Shown: positions 13,871 to 27,356 of the stretch, in pieces
How positions within the stretch are numbered: the first letter of the stretch is position 1
Layout: each line of letters opens with the position of its first letter
NCBI GenBank assembly: GCA_951406725.2
Contig: OX597837.1
Coordinates: 868,001 to 932,000 of the forward strand
DNA: 64,000 nt
Origin: Octopus vulgaris
Lineage: Eukaryota
Reading direction: 5' to 3'
Notes under the pieces: generated by a model
What the model was told of the DNA's origin: nothing
Database searches by the model: none
What the model saw: only the letters and a program-made list of their open reading frames with translations
Position numbers and translations under genes: made by a program

Positions 13871-15300
13871 AGCAGAGCCGTAAGCACGCTGGGCAAAATA
13901 TTCAGCAGCATTTCGTCTGTCTTTATGTTCTGAGTTCAAAATCTGCCGAGGTCGACTTTACTTTTCATCCTTTCAGGGTCGATAAAATAAGTTCCAGTTG
14001 TTTACTGTAGTCTATGTAATCGACTTACACCCTCTCCCAAAATTTCTGGCCTTGTGCCAAAATTTGAAACCAATATTTCCTGTTGCAACAGGTGTGTGTG
14101 GTGTGTGTTGTCTTGATAAGGTCTGACCTAGGGCTAAATAACACCAACCACCACCTTAGAACGATACACACACTTTTTCTCTCTCTTTCTCTTCTCTCTG
14201 GCGGATATTGAACCAGGCCGACTGACAGAATCACAGACAGAGAGAGAGAGAGAGAGAGAGGGGGAGGGAGAGCTAAAGACAGACAGACAGGCGGACGGTT
14301 CGGTCGATAAAATATTTATAACACAATGCTATAAAAAGTCTCATTGATAAGAAAATTACAAATGGATTAGTGTTGGGTAACATAAATAACCTACACACGC
14401 GCGCGCGCGCATAGTCACGTTCACTTCTACATACAAACATACGCACAAATATCCATACATACACACACACATTTATGCAGCATTATACATGTATACACAC
14501 ATACACGTGCACATTCACACTGATACGCGCGTACACACACACACACACACATTCATTCACACTCACACGCATACATACATGCTGTTATACACTTATACAC
14601 ACACAATTAGGTTCTGAATGTTTTACTCTCCTTTGATTGATTGTCTTCGCCGCTGCCGTCGCCGCCGCCGCCGCCGTTGTTTTGTTTAACATTGATCGTT
14701 GTTGTTCTGCTTGTTTTGTTTTTGTTTTTTTGTTCCTTTTTCTTTTCTCTTGTCTTATTGTACTTGTTATGGGTGAAGGGGAGAATGGTGGTGCTGTTGA
14801 TGATGATGATGATGGTTGGGGTTGCGAAGTGGTAATTGCTGTTCAGATAATAATAATAGTAATCCTTCCTATTATAGGCACAAGGCCTGAAATTTTAGGG
14901 TGGGGACGAATCGATTACAGTGACCCCTGTATTCAACTAGTACTTATTTTATCGATCCTGAAAAAACGAAAAACAAAGTCGACCTCAGCGGAATTTGAAC
15001 GCAGAACGTAAGGATGGACGAAATACCCGGCTTGCTGACAACTCTGCCTGCTCGCCGCCCTAATAATAATAATAATAATGATAATAATGATAATTTTGCA
15101 CAAGGCCAACAGTTTTAAAAGAGGGCTTTAGTAAACAGCATTGACAGCAGTTCTTGAGTAGTACTTTATTTTATCGATCCTGAAAGAATGAACGGCACAA
15201 GTTGGCCTCAGCGGGATTTGAACTCAGAGTGTAAGTGCTTGAACAAAATGCTGCAATGTGTTTTTTCCGACCCTCTAACGCTTCTGCCAATTTGTCGCCC
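13050..15300. mobile_element. Cluster of 7 family-B SINEs (3 minus, 2 plus, 2 minus)
   Basis: Minus copies at ~13050-13254, 13262-13405 and 13425-13620; plus copies at ~13658-13845 and 13870-14075; minus copies at ~14858-15060 and 15092-15300. Confidence 0.85.
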
Positions 15301-18300
15301 TTATTGTGAGAGTCTTCATAGTATCAGAAGTAGAAGTAACCATCTCTTTATTGGTTACGAGCTCAAAGACGGCAAATAAGACAGAATACAAAGAAATATT
15401 CTCCGGTAGTGGTAGAGAACAGTTACCGGCGCTTCATCAAGGACCACCCACATTCAGATCACTGATTACCCTGACCACCTTGCATAAGTCTCTTTTCTCA
15501 GTTTTTATTTCATAACATGCTTCGAATGTTCGTTCAAGTCTTCATGAAGAATAGAACGAACAACAGTTCTGCGAGGAGCTCCGTTACGAAAGTTTGCCAA
15601 TGACAAGCAACATTAACAACAAATTCAACATTGGCCACGTTTGTCCAGGAACTTGGAAACATACAGAGGACGCCATCAGGGAAGAAGCAATGGATGTATT
15701 TATATACATGTGTGAAATAACAATACAGAATAACAATGTAAAAGAAGGGGGTGATTCCTCAAAATAGGGGCTAAACAATTTTCTTCTCTTAGATCTTGCT
15801 GCTCTCGTTGGGGCTGGTCTGTTTAGCCATATTAATTTCATTTCTCTCGTTCAACTTTAAACAAATTCACTGCAGCCTTCGGTTCCTCTTTCTACCTTCA
15901 CCTTCCTTTTCACCCGTCACCTGTCCAAAATAGTTTCCGTAAATTTGTCTTCAACGTCCATGTGTGTCTTCAAACTTTTCGTTATCCTTTGTTTCATATG
16001 TTTTGTATAATATAAAGCTTTCCTATCATAAGACCCAGGCTGCTCTGGTGATGAAAAAGAAATTAGGAATGTGTATTATTATATATGATGTATGAACGCC
16101 AGAGAAATATCACATGATACACAGGACAGACTTTGATGAGGGTTTGATGGTATGAAAGGAAAATATTTGATCTTTATGTTCAACCACAAATAATTCACAA
16201 ATTGCTTTCGGTAGTCACCAGGCAGAAGAGGGCTTCCCGGTCTTCCTTGCTATGGTCTTTATGAAAGATCAACTTTGATGGACTTGGCTAATAATCGCTT
16301 TCGGCCAGCAAATGATAACCGATGTTCTGCATAGACTCATGAAGCAGATTCGTACAGACAATAACTACAGGCTGGAGGCTTGGATTAGTCAGCACGTGTC
16401 TCGAACAGGTTTGAACGTTGGCGCCGCCAGCACACACAGCCCTAAAGAAATGCTGGATATCTCTGTAGAGTTACTCCCGAACAAACGATATTTCATTTAT
16501 ACCGATCAGAACCCAAGAGCTTCTGAAAATTACTCCTTAATCCCTTAATCCCCACCTGAAATTCTTCTTAAAAGGAAAATATTTTTGACTGTCCCAGTCG
16601 AGACTCTTACCCGCTCCCTCTGTAATTTCGCTCCTTTCCTCGGTAAAATACCATCACTGACCATGTTTTCCCAGCTTGTAAAGTATAGTGAGTGCCCAGT
16701 AGCATTGCTCTTGCCAAACGCATATGTCCGTATGAGCCCAGAACGGCAGTTTGATTGAAGACAGCTATAGGAAATGCGTCAACATTTTCGGCCAACCAAA
16801 TGCCATTTCGAGTGGACAAACTTTCTGACTAGCAGAAGCTGTCCATTCCTCCAGAAATGAAAACAAGTATACGTTCCAATTTGGTCTGCCACCAACTGAC
16901 CGTCGTGTAATGTCAGAAAACACAACGGTCCGGTGATAGTAAATCGTTAACCACTTCTGCCTGACCTTTCAAGGACATCTATCTGTCAGCCCATTTCTGA
17001 GTAAAGCTAGTCACCTTGCATGTGACCTTGTACCAGTTTTTAATGCCCCACGATGCCCACACTACTTCAATAAAACTGTCGTTTAAGCGACACAAACACC
17101 TGCCCCCCCCCCCCAAGGATTTAATGGAATTTTCTTGTTTTAATTTCTTCGTCATTTTTGTCGTTTTCTTTAGTTATTTTTCGTCTTCTAAACTCATTAA
17201 GAAATATTGTAACAATCATCATCATCGTCGTTGTCGTCATCGTTATCGACGTCTTCCTCGTCCCTACCCCTTCCATCCTTCGACCCTTCCTCACCATCGT
17301 CGTCGTCATCGCCAATATTATTATTCATTTGTGAAAGCAATATCGATTCCAATATGTCGATTAAAAATAAAAACGAAAAGAAAAAAAAAAGATTCAACCG
17401 AATCTGTTATTACTTTCTCTGCCGTTCATATATTTTGTTCATCTTCTTCACCTTACGGTAATAAATTATCGGTCCGCTATGTCTGACCTGGATTTAGCAT
17501 TCTATACAATTATTATATAGTCCTTATTGTGCAATTTTAAGTTGAAGAAATTAAATTTAAGAAAAAATTTATAAATAGTTATAATGAATTTAGAGGGTTG
17601 ACGACAATAAACTATGTAAATACTAGACCTCTCTATGTCCTTTACGGCTAAATTCTAATATGCAGAAAATTAAAGGAATAAAATTTTAAATTTCAAATAT
17701 TAAATTGCTGTAACTTTAGTTCTCTATGTGGTAGGATTAATCTGTGGAGAACATTTGGAAGCAATATGAATCTATTTTATGGTCACCAGACGAAAAATTT
17801 ATTATAATGGCTTAATTAATTAAAAGAAAATTGAATTTTATGAGGGATAACATGCAATGTATTCGACTAAACCTGTTTCTATTAATGATTAGTGGTGGCC
17901 ATATTAAAAAAATTGGTTCTGTTATAACTTAAGAAAGAAAAAAAACTCAACAGTAAATCTACAAGAGGGAAAAGGCATTGTAGTCATTTAGTGACACACG
18001 AGGCTTCTAAAATTGACTTTCGGTTTAAATATATTCCATTAGAAGTCGGAGATATTTTGTCGTATTGTTGTGAGTCAGTTGCTGGTACAGCTCTGCTGCA
18101 ACGATGCGTCATTGACCAAGGATGCAGAAGTGCGACAAAAATTCTGACACCTCGTGAAAGAATAAACTTCTCGAGTGGCAAGAGTAGGTATTTTTCTTGA
18201 CGTATCTGCTTCATTTTCAACACGAAGTTTTACATCAAGAAACTTTCAGTACAAGTGCAAACCAGAAATCCCAACAGTAAAACACATTTCTAGAACCTAA

Positions 18301-18624
18301 CTCTCGTACTACAGTTTGTATCCGAACTGGTGGTGGTCATGTGAGAAACGGACAGTCTCAACAATAAGTTTAAATGCGTATTAAATTATTTTCTCGGATT
18401 AATTCTGCCACCTCTCTAGAACTGAAGTTATATAAATTTGAAAGAACAGAAGGACTGTATACTGAAATACTGAACCTCTATTTTAGAGTACGTACTCTTT
18501 GGTTTGTCCTTTTCTATATTCCATAGAAAACTAATCTCTTATTTTCTCCTTTAAATAAAGGACCTGTTAAGTTTCTGGGGTCTGTTAGTCTTATCTCCTT
18601 ACCTAGATTTGTGGCCACCGTGTG

Positions 18625-20230
18625 CCTATGGCAGAATCGTTAGAGTATCTGGAAAATTCGTTATTGATATTTTCTTTTAGGTTCTGCGTTCAAATCCTGC
18701 CGAGAATATCTTTGCTTCTGATCCCTCCGGGATCCTTCAAAATTGTTGGCTTTGTGCCGGGTCTACTCTGAGTATGTTTCTCTAAGTAGGAGGGAAGAAA
18801 CTGGAAGAAAACACTTCCAGTGCCTTGGAGATGGCAGAGGAATCTGGGAACTTTCGCATGGGGATTTGTCTTCGAATTACCCTTGGAGGATTGCTCCACT
18901 GTTTAGGATTTGATTTATTTTTCTGCATTCATCTTTTGATGGAGTCCTGAATGTATTGGGCCCTTGTGGTCAATAAAAGGAATTATTATTGAGGTGGTGG
19001 AATCGTTATTGCACCGGGAAAAATCCTGAGCGGTATCTCCTCTTTAAGTCCCTGTCTACGTTCTGAGTTCAAATCCCGCCGAGGTTGACTTTGCCTTTCA
19101 TCGTAATGGAGTCGATGAAATAAGCACCAGTTGAGCCTAAGGTCGATGTAATCGACTTAACTCCTTTCCTAGTATTGCTGGCTGTGTGCCAAAATCTGAA
19201 GCAACCATTATTAAGGGCCGTATATATGTGTACTGTTAGGTTATCGGATTCAATCTCACTCAGTGTCAACTTTATATTTGTCCAAGGGTCAACGATAAAA
19301 CTGGTATCACTTAAGAACGGAAGTTGATTTAATTAGCTGTAGCTCACCTGTAAAATCTCTGACCTTCTCATTCGATTAGAATTCCCCATTATCATCCACC
19401 AACATTACGTAGCAAATAAAATGATCTTCCTTATAAATATTCGTATATTTTAATCATATTATGTTTGCAGGATCTATCGACATTCCATGTGTTATTAATT
19501 ATTTTGATTTTCTATATTGATGCAAAAATTTATCGACCTTCATAACGTTGTTTCAATATCTTAATGGTTTCGATTACTGCCTTCGATTTTTTTCCATAGT
19601 AATGGTTGTTTAAAGCGTAACACTCGATCACACACATCATTCATAACAAAAGGATTATATAAACGGGCGGTGAGTGAGAGAAACGTTTGCACGTTGGACA
19701 AAATGCTTCGCAGCATGTTGTCTGTCTTTATGTTCTGAGTTCAAATTCATCCGAGGTTGACTGTACCTTTCATCCTCTCGGGGTCGATAAAATAAGTACC
19801 AGTTGAACTCTGGTATCGATAGAATCGACATTCCCCTTCTCCCCAAATTTCCAGCTTTGATCAAAATTTGGAACTATTATTATTAAGCTGGCGCGCTGGC
19901 AGAATCGTTAGCATGCCGGTCGTCGCTACATTCTGAGTTCGAATTCTGACAAAATTGCCCTTGTGGCAAAATTCAAAACCATATTTCAGGCCTTGTGCCT
20001 TTAATAGAAAGGATTATCATTATTATTGAGGCGATAATCTGGCAGAATCGCTAGCATGCTGGACGAAATGCTTAGTGGCATTTCGTCTGCCGCTACGTTC
20101 TGAGTTCAAGTTCCGCCGAGGTCGCCTTTGCCTTTCATCCTTTCGGAGTCGATAAATTAAGTACTGGGATCGATTTAATCGACTCAACCCCACCTCTCCC
20201 AAGCTGCCCTTGTGGAAAAAAAATTGAAAT
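18625..20230 (+). mobile_element. Head-to-tail cluster of family-B SINEs
   Basis: Copies at ~18625-18760, 18990-19210, 19665-19880, 19888-20020 and 20029-20230, several joined through ATT-rich tails. Confidence 0.85.
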
Positions 20231-20769
20231 AATGATAATTATTATTATTATTATCCGCAACCGCTGTGACAAATAAGTTTTACTGTTAATATTATTAAAT
20301 ATTCATAAAGATATTATTGTCATCACTACCATTAATATACATTTATTACTGCCATAATGTATCTTTGTTATTGTTATCATAATTAATATCATTATCTATG
20401 ATTATTTTTGCAATAACTTAATTTTGACAAGTGTTTTCTCGTCAATCAAAATTACGGAAAAAAACACTAAATTACTGAATAAATAAAAATAAAGCAACTA
20501 AAAAAAACGGTAAAACAAGTATATAAAAATAAGAGTGAATCCAATATGGCGGACCTCATTAGAGCTGTTACGTTTTTTCATTAAAGCATTTTTCTATGGA
20601 GTATGTCAACCATTTTTACACCGATGTCATACACGCGTACAACATAATAATCACACATTTGTACGACTATTTTCACTTGTGTGAATATTTTTCCTGAATA
20701 TATTTATTTATACACAGACCCATACATATGCACACAAATGTATGTTTTGTGTGTATGTATATGTGGATA

Positions 20770-20934
20770 GGCGCAGGAGTGGCTGTGTGGTAAGTAGCTT
20801 GCTAACCAACCACATGGTTCCGGGTTCAGTCCCACTGCGTGGCATCTTGCGCAAGTGTCTTCTGCTATGGCCCCGGGCCTACCAATGCCTTGTGAGTGGA
20901 TTTGGTAGACGGAAACTGAAAGAAGCCTGTCGTA

Positions 20935-21003
<69 letters not shown>

Positions 21004-21215
21004 TTGTGTGTCTGTGTTTGTCCCCCTAGCATTGCTTGACAACCGATGCTGGTGTGTTTACGTCCCCGTCACTTAGCGGTTCGGCAAAAGAGACCGATAG
21101 AATAAGTACCGGGCTTACAAAGAATAAGTCCCGGGGTCGATTTGCTCGACTAAAGGCGGTGCTCCAGCATGACCGCAGTCAAATGACTGAAACAAGTAAA
21201 AGAGTAAAAGAGAGT
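20770..21215 (+). mobile_element. SINE family A, well-preserved full-length copy
   Basis: A-box-like TGGCTGTGTGG, B-box-like GGTTCAGTCCC, internal (TA)n(TG)n, and 3' tail GGCGGTGCTCCAGCATGACCGCAGTCAAATGACTGAAACAAG(TAAAAGAG)2. Confidence 0.92.
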
Positions 21216-21285
21216 AATATAATTTTATCTTTGTTGGGAAATTTTAACAAAAGCGAAAGTACTGATGTACTAGCTGCATTTCGCC

Positions 21286-21331
<46 letters not shown>

Positions 21332-21339
21332 CATTATTC

Positions 21340-21485
21340 AGTAGTCTTATCACGTGCTTTCACTGTATTACTGAGCGCAGCTCTGTGTGTCTTGGACATG
21401 TGCTGTGGCTTGTTTTGATGTTCTTATTGTCACGGTATTGAAAGTGCTTTAAATAGGATGTGTGCAGTACCTAGCAGCTCCACTT
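21340..21485 (-). mobile_element. 3' end of an R4/Dong-like (RLE) non-LTR retrotransposon
   Basis: Minus-strand frame reads VELLGTAHILFKALSIP* (stop at 21430-21432), the LLGTAHIL C-terminal signature. A short UTR then runs into an (AAT)n tract, the known Dong-type target. Confidence 0.6.
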
Positions 21486-22361
21486 GACACTGTGTGGGGA
21501 AACTCGAAGCAACCAAATACTTTGTGTATATATTGTAACATTTCTAGATATTGCAGGCTCTTTGTGGACAAAATAGATTTTAGTAAGAGTAATGAATAAC
21601 ATACAACTCCATCCTTGTGGAATAAAGAAGTATCTACGTTGTTTAATTCTACGGATGTAACTAAAAGGACAGATTCAGTCTAGAAGGCGCGAGGAAGGGC
21701 AGGAGATGTTAGAAAACGTGATGCAAATGGACCTTCTCTAAGATATCAAAACAAATCATTTACACACGAACACACACACACACACACGCACACTCGTCTG
21801 TCTGTCTACAACACAACATTGACAAAATACATTATTTTGCTTTGAGGCAGTGGTAACCTTCGGAGTGGTAACCTACACCAATTAAATATGAAATATTTAG
21901 TTCTAGGGCTGCATAAATAGACGGACAGACAGATAGATAGAAGACGTGATAGGAAAGACTAACCAATCTAGTTTTCTCTCGGATTTGACTGTTTCATATA
22001 TCCTAATACAGATTCAACGCTGTTGCCGAATTTCTCTTTGTCAAGTGGCCGCAATGTTGGGGCGTCCTTTATCATGTTTATGTGTTGATAGGTAAGTAGC
22101 TAAGTGGAACAGTGAAACATCGATCTGGTCAGCTTTTGAAGCAAGTAGCCCGATACTTGGTAAAAACTGGTTAGACCAGTTAGCCAAACAACTAACACCC
22201 GACACCCATTTATTTCTCCTTCCATCCTTTTTTTCTCCTTTTCTTTTATACATCTATCCATACAAGAGTTCGTTATTCAAGCAGCCATCTTAGCTTGTGG
22301 TCCCTGTCATCCGACTAACTCCCCACTCCACACCGGAAATCAGACTGAGCCGACCAGCTCT

Positions 22362-22456
22362 TATTGATCCGGCATGCTATTGATCCGCGAAGAACGTGTT
22401 ATTGATCCGTCAAGTTATTATTTTATTATTGATCTGGCAAGTTTAATATTGATCCG
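22362..22456. repeat. Five copies of TATTGATCCG with variable spacers
   Basis: Copies at 22362, 22378, 22400, 22427 (TATTGATCTG) and 22447. Confidence 0.9.
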
Positions 22457-23550
22457 CAATCTATTGTATTAGCTGGTTGCTATAGTTGCCAAATCTACTT
22501 CTACCTGGGTCAGGTATTTCTTCACTAAACAACAAATATACATATATATATATACTTATTACCCCTCTCTCTCTAGAGTTGTAAACACTGTGGGGATTTA
22601 TGTGTTCAATGCTCTCTCATTTTGTGTGTTTGTGTATGTGTACATATACATTTGTACTCGTATATATAAAAGTGTGCGTATAACATGTATATATCATAAA
22701 CATGTATATATTTGTATATGCAAGTGTACATATATTTGTCTGTGTATACATGCTTATTAAAGTGCCTGTATGTATAATTACGTATCTGCTCCCTTCTACA
22801 TTCATTGAAGTCATAATGTAATAAAACATATGTGAAGTCTGAGTCCCTGAGTGAAAAGCTGGAAATGGTACCAGTGAGTTTCGATCTCACGAAACATGGC
22901 TTCATACTTTATTTACTTCACTCAAATAATTTCGTTTCTACTTTCCACATAAGACGCACAACTTGAAATCTGCATCAACATTTCCGTTTCGTAACCCACC
23001 CCAAAGAACCTTTTAATATATTTATTTGTGTATTTTCTACCGAATCGTAATTCTCCATTTTGTTTAAGCTTTTACTTTTCAAATCCACCCAACTCTCTAA
23101 CCCTACCCTTCTTCAGCTCCTAGTCTCTTCTCACCCACCCCGCCACCTTAACCGCTATCATATCGTATTTCATGTTTTGCTAGGGAACAATGCTATTCTT
23201 TTGTTCCCTTTAAAGAATGGGAGGTAAATTAAGCATGCTTCTTTTAACCATTCCCATGATAAAGTCTTGTAGGCTTTAAAGATCATAACCATTGTCATCT
23301 GTTTTGAAACGCAACCACATTTAGGACTGCTTTCTGTTGTTGCTGTTGTTTATTCGTTAAGAGAAAGACACAAGACTGTAACTTTTCCACAAAATTTCTT
23401 TGTTGGTTTTCTTTCTTTTTTGGAGGTGGTGGTCGTGGGAGATGTTTTTGGTGAAGGACCTCAAAATTTTACAACATGCGACATTTTTTTTCTAACTTAG
23501 TGGACAGAGAAATACAAATACTAAAATACATGCTGTGTGTGTGTGTGTGA

Positions 23551-23588
<38 letters not shown>

Positions 23589-23737
23589 ATCACGCAAGTC
23601 TAGATATGAGAGTGATGACCTCCCCTCACAAATACTAATCGGACACAGTGTGTCATTAGCCAAGTGGAGGAGATATCTTCCTTGGGCTAAAAACCATAGT
23701 AACATCGTCCTCAATGAGACTGCCACATTTAGTTTAT

Positions 23738-23771
<34 letters not shown>

Positions 23772-23772
23772 A

Positions 23773-24157
23773 TTTTTTACTAATTACAGTCATTAGACTG
23801 CGACCATGCTGGAACACCAACTTGAAAATGTTCAGTCGAACGAATCTACCCCAATCCTTATCATTTAAAGCCCGGTACTTATGTAAATCTCTTTTATGGG
23901 GACGTAAACACGCCAACGCCGGTTGTCATGCAATGGTGGTGGGGAGAGGACAAGCACAGACATAAAGACGCACACACACACACACAAATGCACGCGCGCG
24001 CGACAGGCTTTCAATTTCTGCCTACCAAATCTACTCACAAGGCTTTGATCGGTCCCATGGTACAGTAGAAGGCACTTGCCCAAGGTGCCACACAGTGAGA
24101 CTGAACCTGGAACCATGTGGTTGAGCAAATTTCATACCTCACACACACATCATGTCT
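23773..24157 (-). mobile_element. SINE family A copy
   Basis: Reverse complement of the family-A body and tail. Confidence 0.88.
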
Positions 24158-25620
24158 TGTGAGAGAAGTTCGATGGTGAAGGTGTCTGCAGAATACCCGG
24201 CGGCTGATCTGGCCCTGAAAATAGTCTTCATGCTGAGTCAGTGTGACTCTTCCTGACAAGACGAAATCGACAAATTGCGAAACGGCCATTATTCTGATGT
24301 AAGTCGTTGACGTTTCCGCTGATAGGTTATTCTCTTAATGTAAACCCCTGCTTCGAGTGAACTCAGAGACCTGAGCTGACAAGATTGGGCCTTCGTATAA
24401 CTATTTCTGTATAATCAACGGATTTTCAGTCTTCCTCGGTCTCGTTTTCACTGCCAATCTGTGCCCGGACCCGAGGAGACCAAGAAGACGACATTTGCGC
24501 AAAGTGAAACGATGACAAATTCGATGATTTTCTGGATGCGCAGCAAAATTAATCACACGACCAGATCGTTCAACATACTAAACATAACAGTCAAATATAC
24601 CGTCTTGGAAAAGGGCGTGGGTACCGTTGAGTAATGTAGTCTCAGATCCTTATGGGGAAAAGAACGGGATGGTCATCGTAGGAGATCCTTGGTTTATTGG
24701 TGTCCGAACCATCAGGTCCGGCCTGGGGTCAAGTGACAGCAACATTCTGAAAAGAAAACAGCAATCAAAACTTAAATTCCCGTCAATATCGAAAACAAGT
24801 TTTCAAACCAAGTTAATGAGGGATCTTGTACACGGTTACCTTAAATACAAGAAATAGAAGCTAAATCACCCTCGCTGGATAATTTTCTCTTGAATTTCTA
24901 CACATTAAAAGGTGTGATGGTCACAGTAGGAATAGCTGTCACTGCAGATCTGCTTTAAAAGGGCTGAGTGGAGGCTAACAATTACCATTGACGACGACAA
25001 AAACAGTAAGAGAATATATCAAGACCCTTAAATGAAATCTAGCCTTAAAAACAAAAACCAAATGTCAGAACCAAGCTATTTGACAGGGACTTTATTTTTC
25101 TCAAAGATCTTTCTAGATCCTGAAGTTGGAGTAAGAACTAAACATGTTTACAGAGAAAAACGGAGAAATTAAAATGACGTTAAGGAACTGAAAAGTGGAG
25201 GAGGAAGAGGGACGAAGCAAGACTCTTCTTTTCGCCTCCACTTGATTTTTTTTTCGGGTGTTTTTCATTCTAATAATAATAATAATAATAATAATAATTT
25301 TGTTATTTGTTTTTTGTGTTTGTTTTGACATTAAACGTCTGTTAGAAATTCAACGTTGCTTTGCTTGCACTTTGGTATATATCATTGTTTTCAATCTACC
25401 AACGCACGCACATATTGTGCGTGTGTGTGTGTGAGTGTGTGGATACACTTCATGGCCTTGTGCATATTATGTACAGTAAATATATTTTACTTTCAATCCG
25501 CCTGAACACACATTAACCCCATCCCATCATACACGCTGAAACACGTCTATATGCTTGTAGAAATACGCATGTATGCATGGACATACATGTGCGTGTGCAT
25601 GTGTGCGCGCGCATGCTTAG

Positions 25621-25651
<31 letters not shown>

Positions 25652-27103
25652 GACACATGCATATGAGTATCTTTGAATAACTATATACATAAATATATGC
25701 ATACACGCATGCCTGTGTAAATGTGTGCGCATGTACGTAAATATGCGTGTATGTAAACACAAGTTTGCGTATGTAATATATACACACATTATGTGTAGAT
25801 ACACACAAATTGAAATTTCGAAAAAGCCCCGTCCCCGCCACCACGTTCCTCCTCCTCCTCCTTCTCCTCTCTTTGACTGTTTCCATTATTTAAGAACCTG
25901 GAATATTTGTTATTTGATGTTGACAAGAATGGACTTAAGAATTCTAAATGTTACTTTTTGGATTCTGGAAGCATCTCAGAATTACTTTTATTGTATGTTT
26001 CATTAGATGGAATTCATGATGAATGAAAATGCCAACTTGCTACTGTTGTTGTTGTTGCTGCTGCTGCTGTCGATGTTGTTGTTGTTCTTGTTTTAATATT
26101 GAGCGTTTTTGAAACACTCGACTTGAATGCTAATTCATTTAAATATAAGGAAAGAAAGTAACATGCGTATGTTACATATACATCTAGGCATCACAGTACA
26201 TACACAATCGCTCAAAGAGAAAAAAAAGCTCATATACATACGTGTGTGTGTGTGTGTGTGTGTGTGTTCATTCACAAATTCAGACATATATATACACACA
26301 GTTTTACCACAGGCGTATCTACGTAGACACACAGGCAGGAGGATATGCGCACACATACACACACAGCAATCTCTCCCAGATCTGCACATACCTGTGTGCG
26401 CACACATGCGTAGATAAATTCATAGATACGCACACACACACACACACAGACATATATATATATATATATACACAGACACACAAACCTCTCTCTATATATA
26501 TATCTTTCTAGCTGTGTGTGCGTATGAGAAATTAGGTCTACAAATATGTATAAATATACGCGCATCTCTATACAGGTATATATTCATGTGTGTGTGTGTG
26601 TGTGTGTGTGCATATGAGTGTATATGAATAAATATACGTGTAGATGTAGCCACATCTTTAAGATTGTTTATTTTAGAGCAATTTTAAGAACAAAATATTT
26701 ACTCGTGGGGAGACTCAAAGTATCAAAGTTTTAGGAGATTCCATTTGTTTGAGATTGTAAATTTAGACTCGGGATGTAATTAGCCCAAATGGTTGAATAA
26801 GCTGTTAGGCGAAACTCGGAGAATGGTTAAAACGAATTATATATATATATGTATATATATATGTGTGTGTGTGTGTGTATGTGTGTATTATATATAGTGT
26901 GTGCTCGTGCGCATTGGTAAACACAGAAGAGAAAGACAGATATAAGAATATGTTTGTGTACATGTTTGTATATACTCATGTTTATGCGTATGTGTACGTT
27001 TATATACGTGTATGTATGTATGTATGTATGTATGTATGTATGTATGTATGTATGTATGTATGTATGCATGTATGCATGTATATATATATATATATATATA
27101 TAT

Positions 27104-27356
27104 AAACAATTGCAGCGTGGAAGGTGTTTATAAGCCATTTAAGAAACACACAAAAGCCGAGATGCAGCACGGACTTTGTCAGTGAACAGGTCGCGGATTT
27201 TAGCGACGAAAATATTTTGACAAATTAAACTTAAATGTTGAAGTGAATCGAACGGCTTTTGTGTGTTTCTTAAATGGCTTATAAACACCTTCCACGCTGC
27301 AATTGTTTTCGTTTCAACACACGATCTCAGATCAAATTACTTGCTATGCGAGTACA

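Noticed and set aside
20770-20840. tRNA genes
   Set aside because: The A/B-box sequences are SINE heads that do not form a complete cloverleaf.
22362-22456. CRISPR array interpretation of short repeats here and at 11840-13045
   Set aside because: The context is eukaryotic, repeats are too short or degenerate, spacing is irregular, and no cas genes are present.
22861-22904. GTGAG/CTCAC hairpin followed by GAAACATG
   Set aside because: There is no credible CUGANGA core and no NUH triplet.
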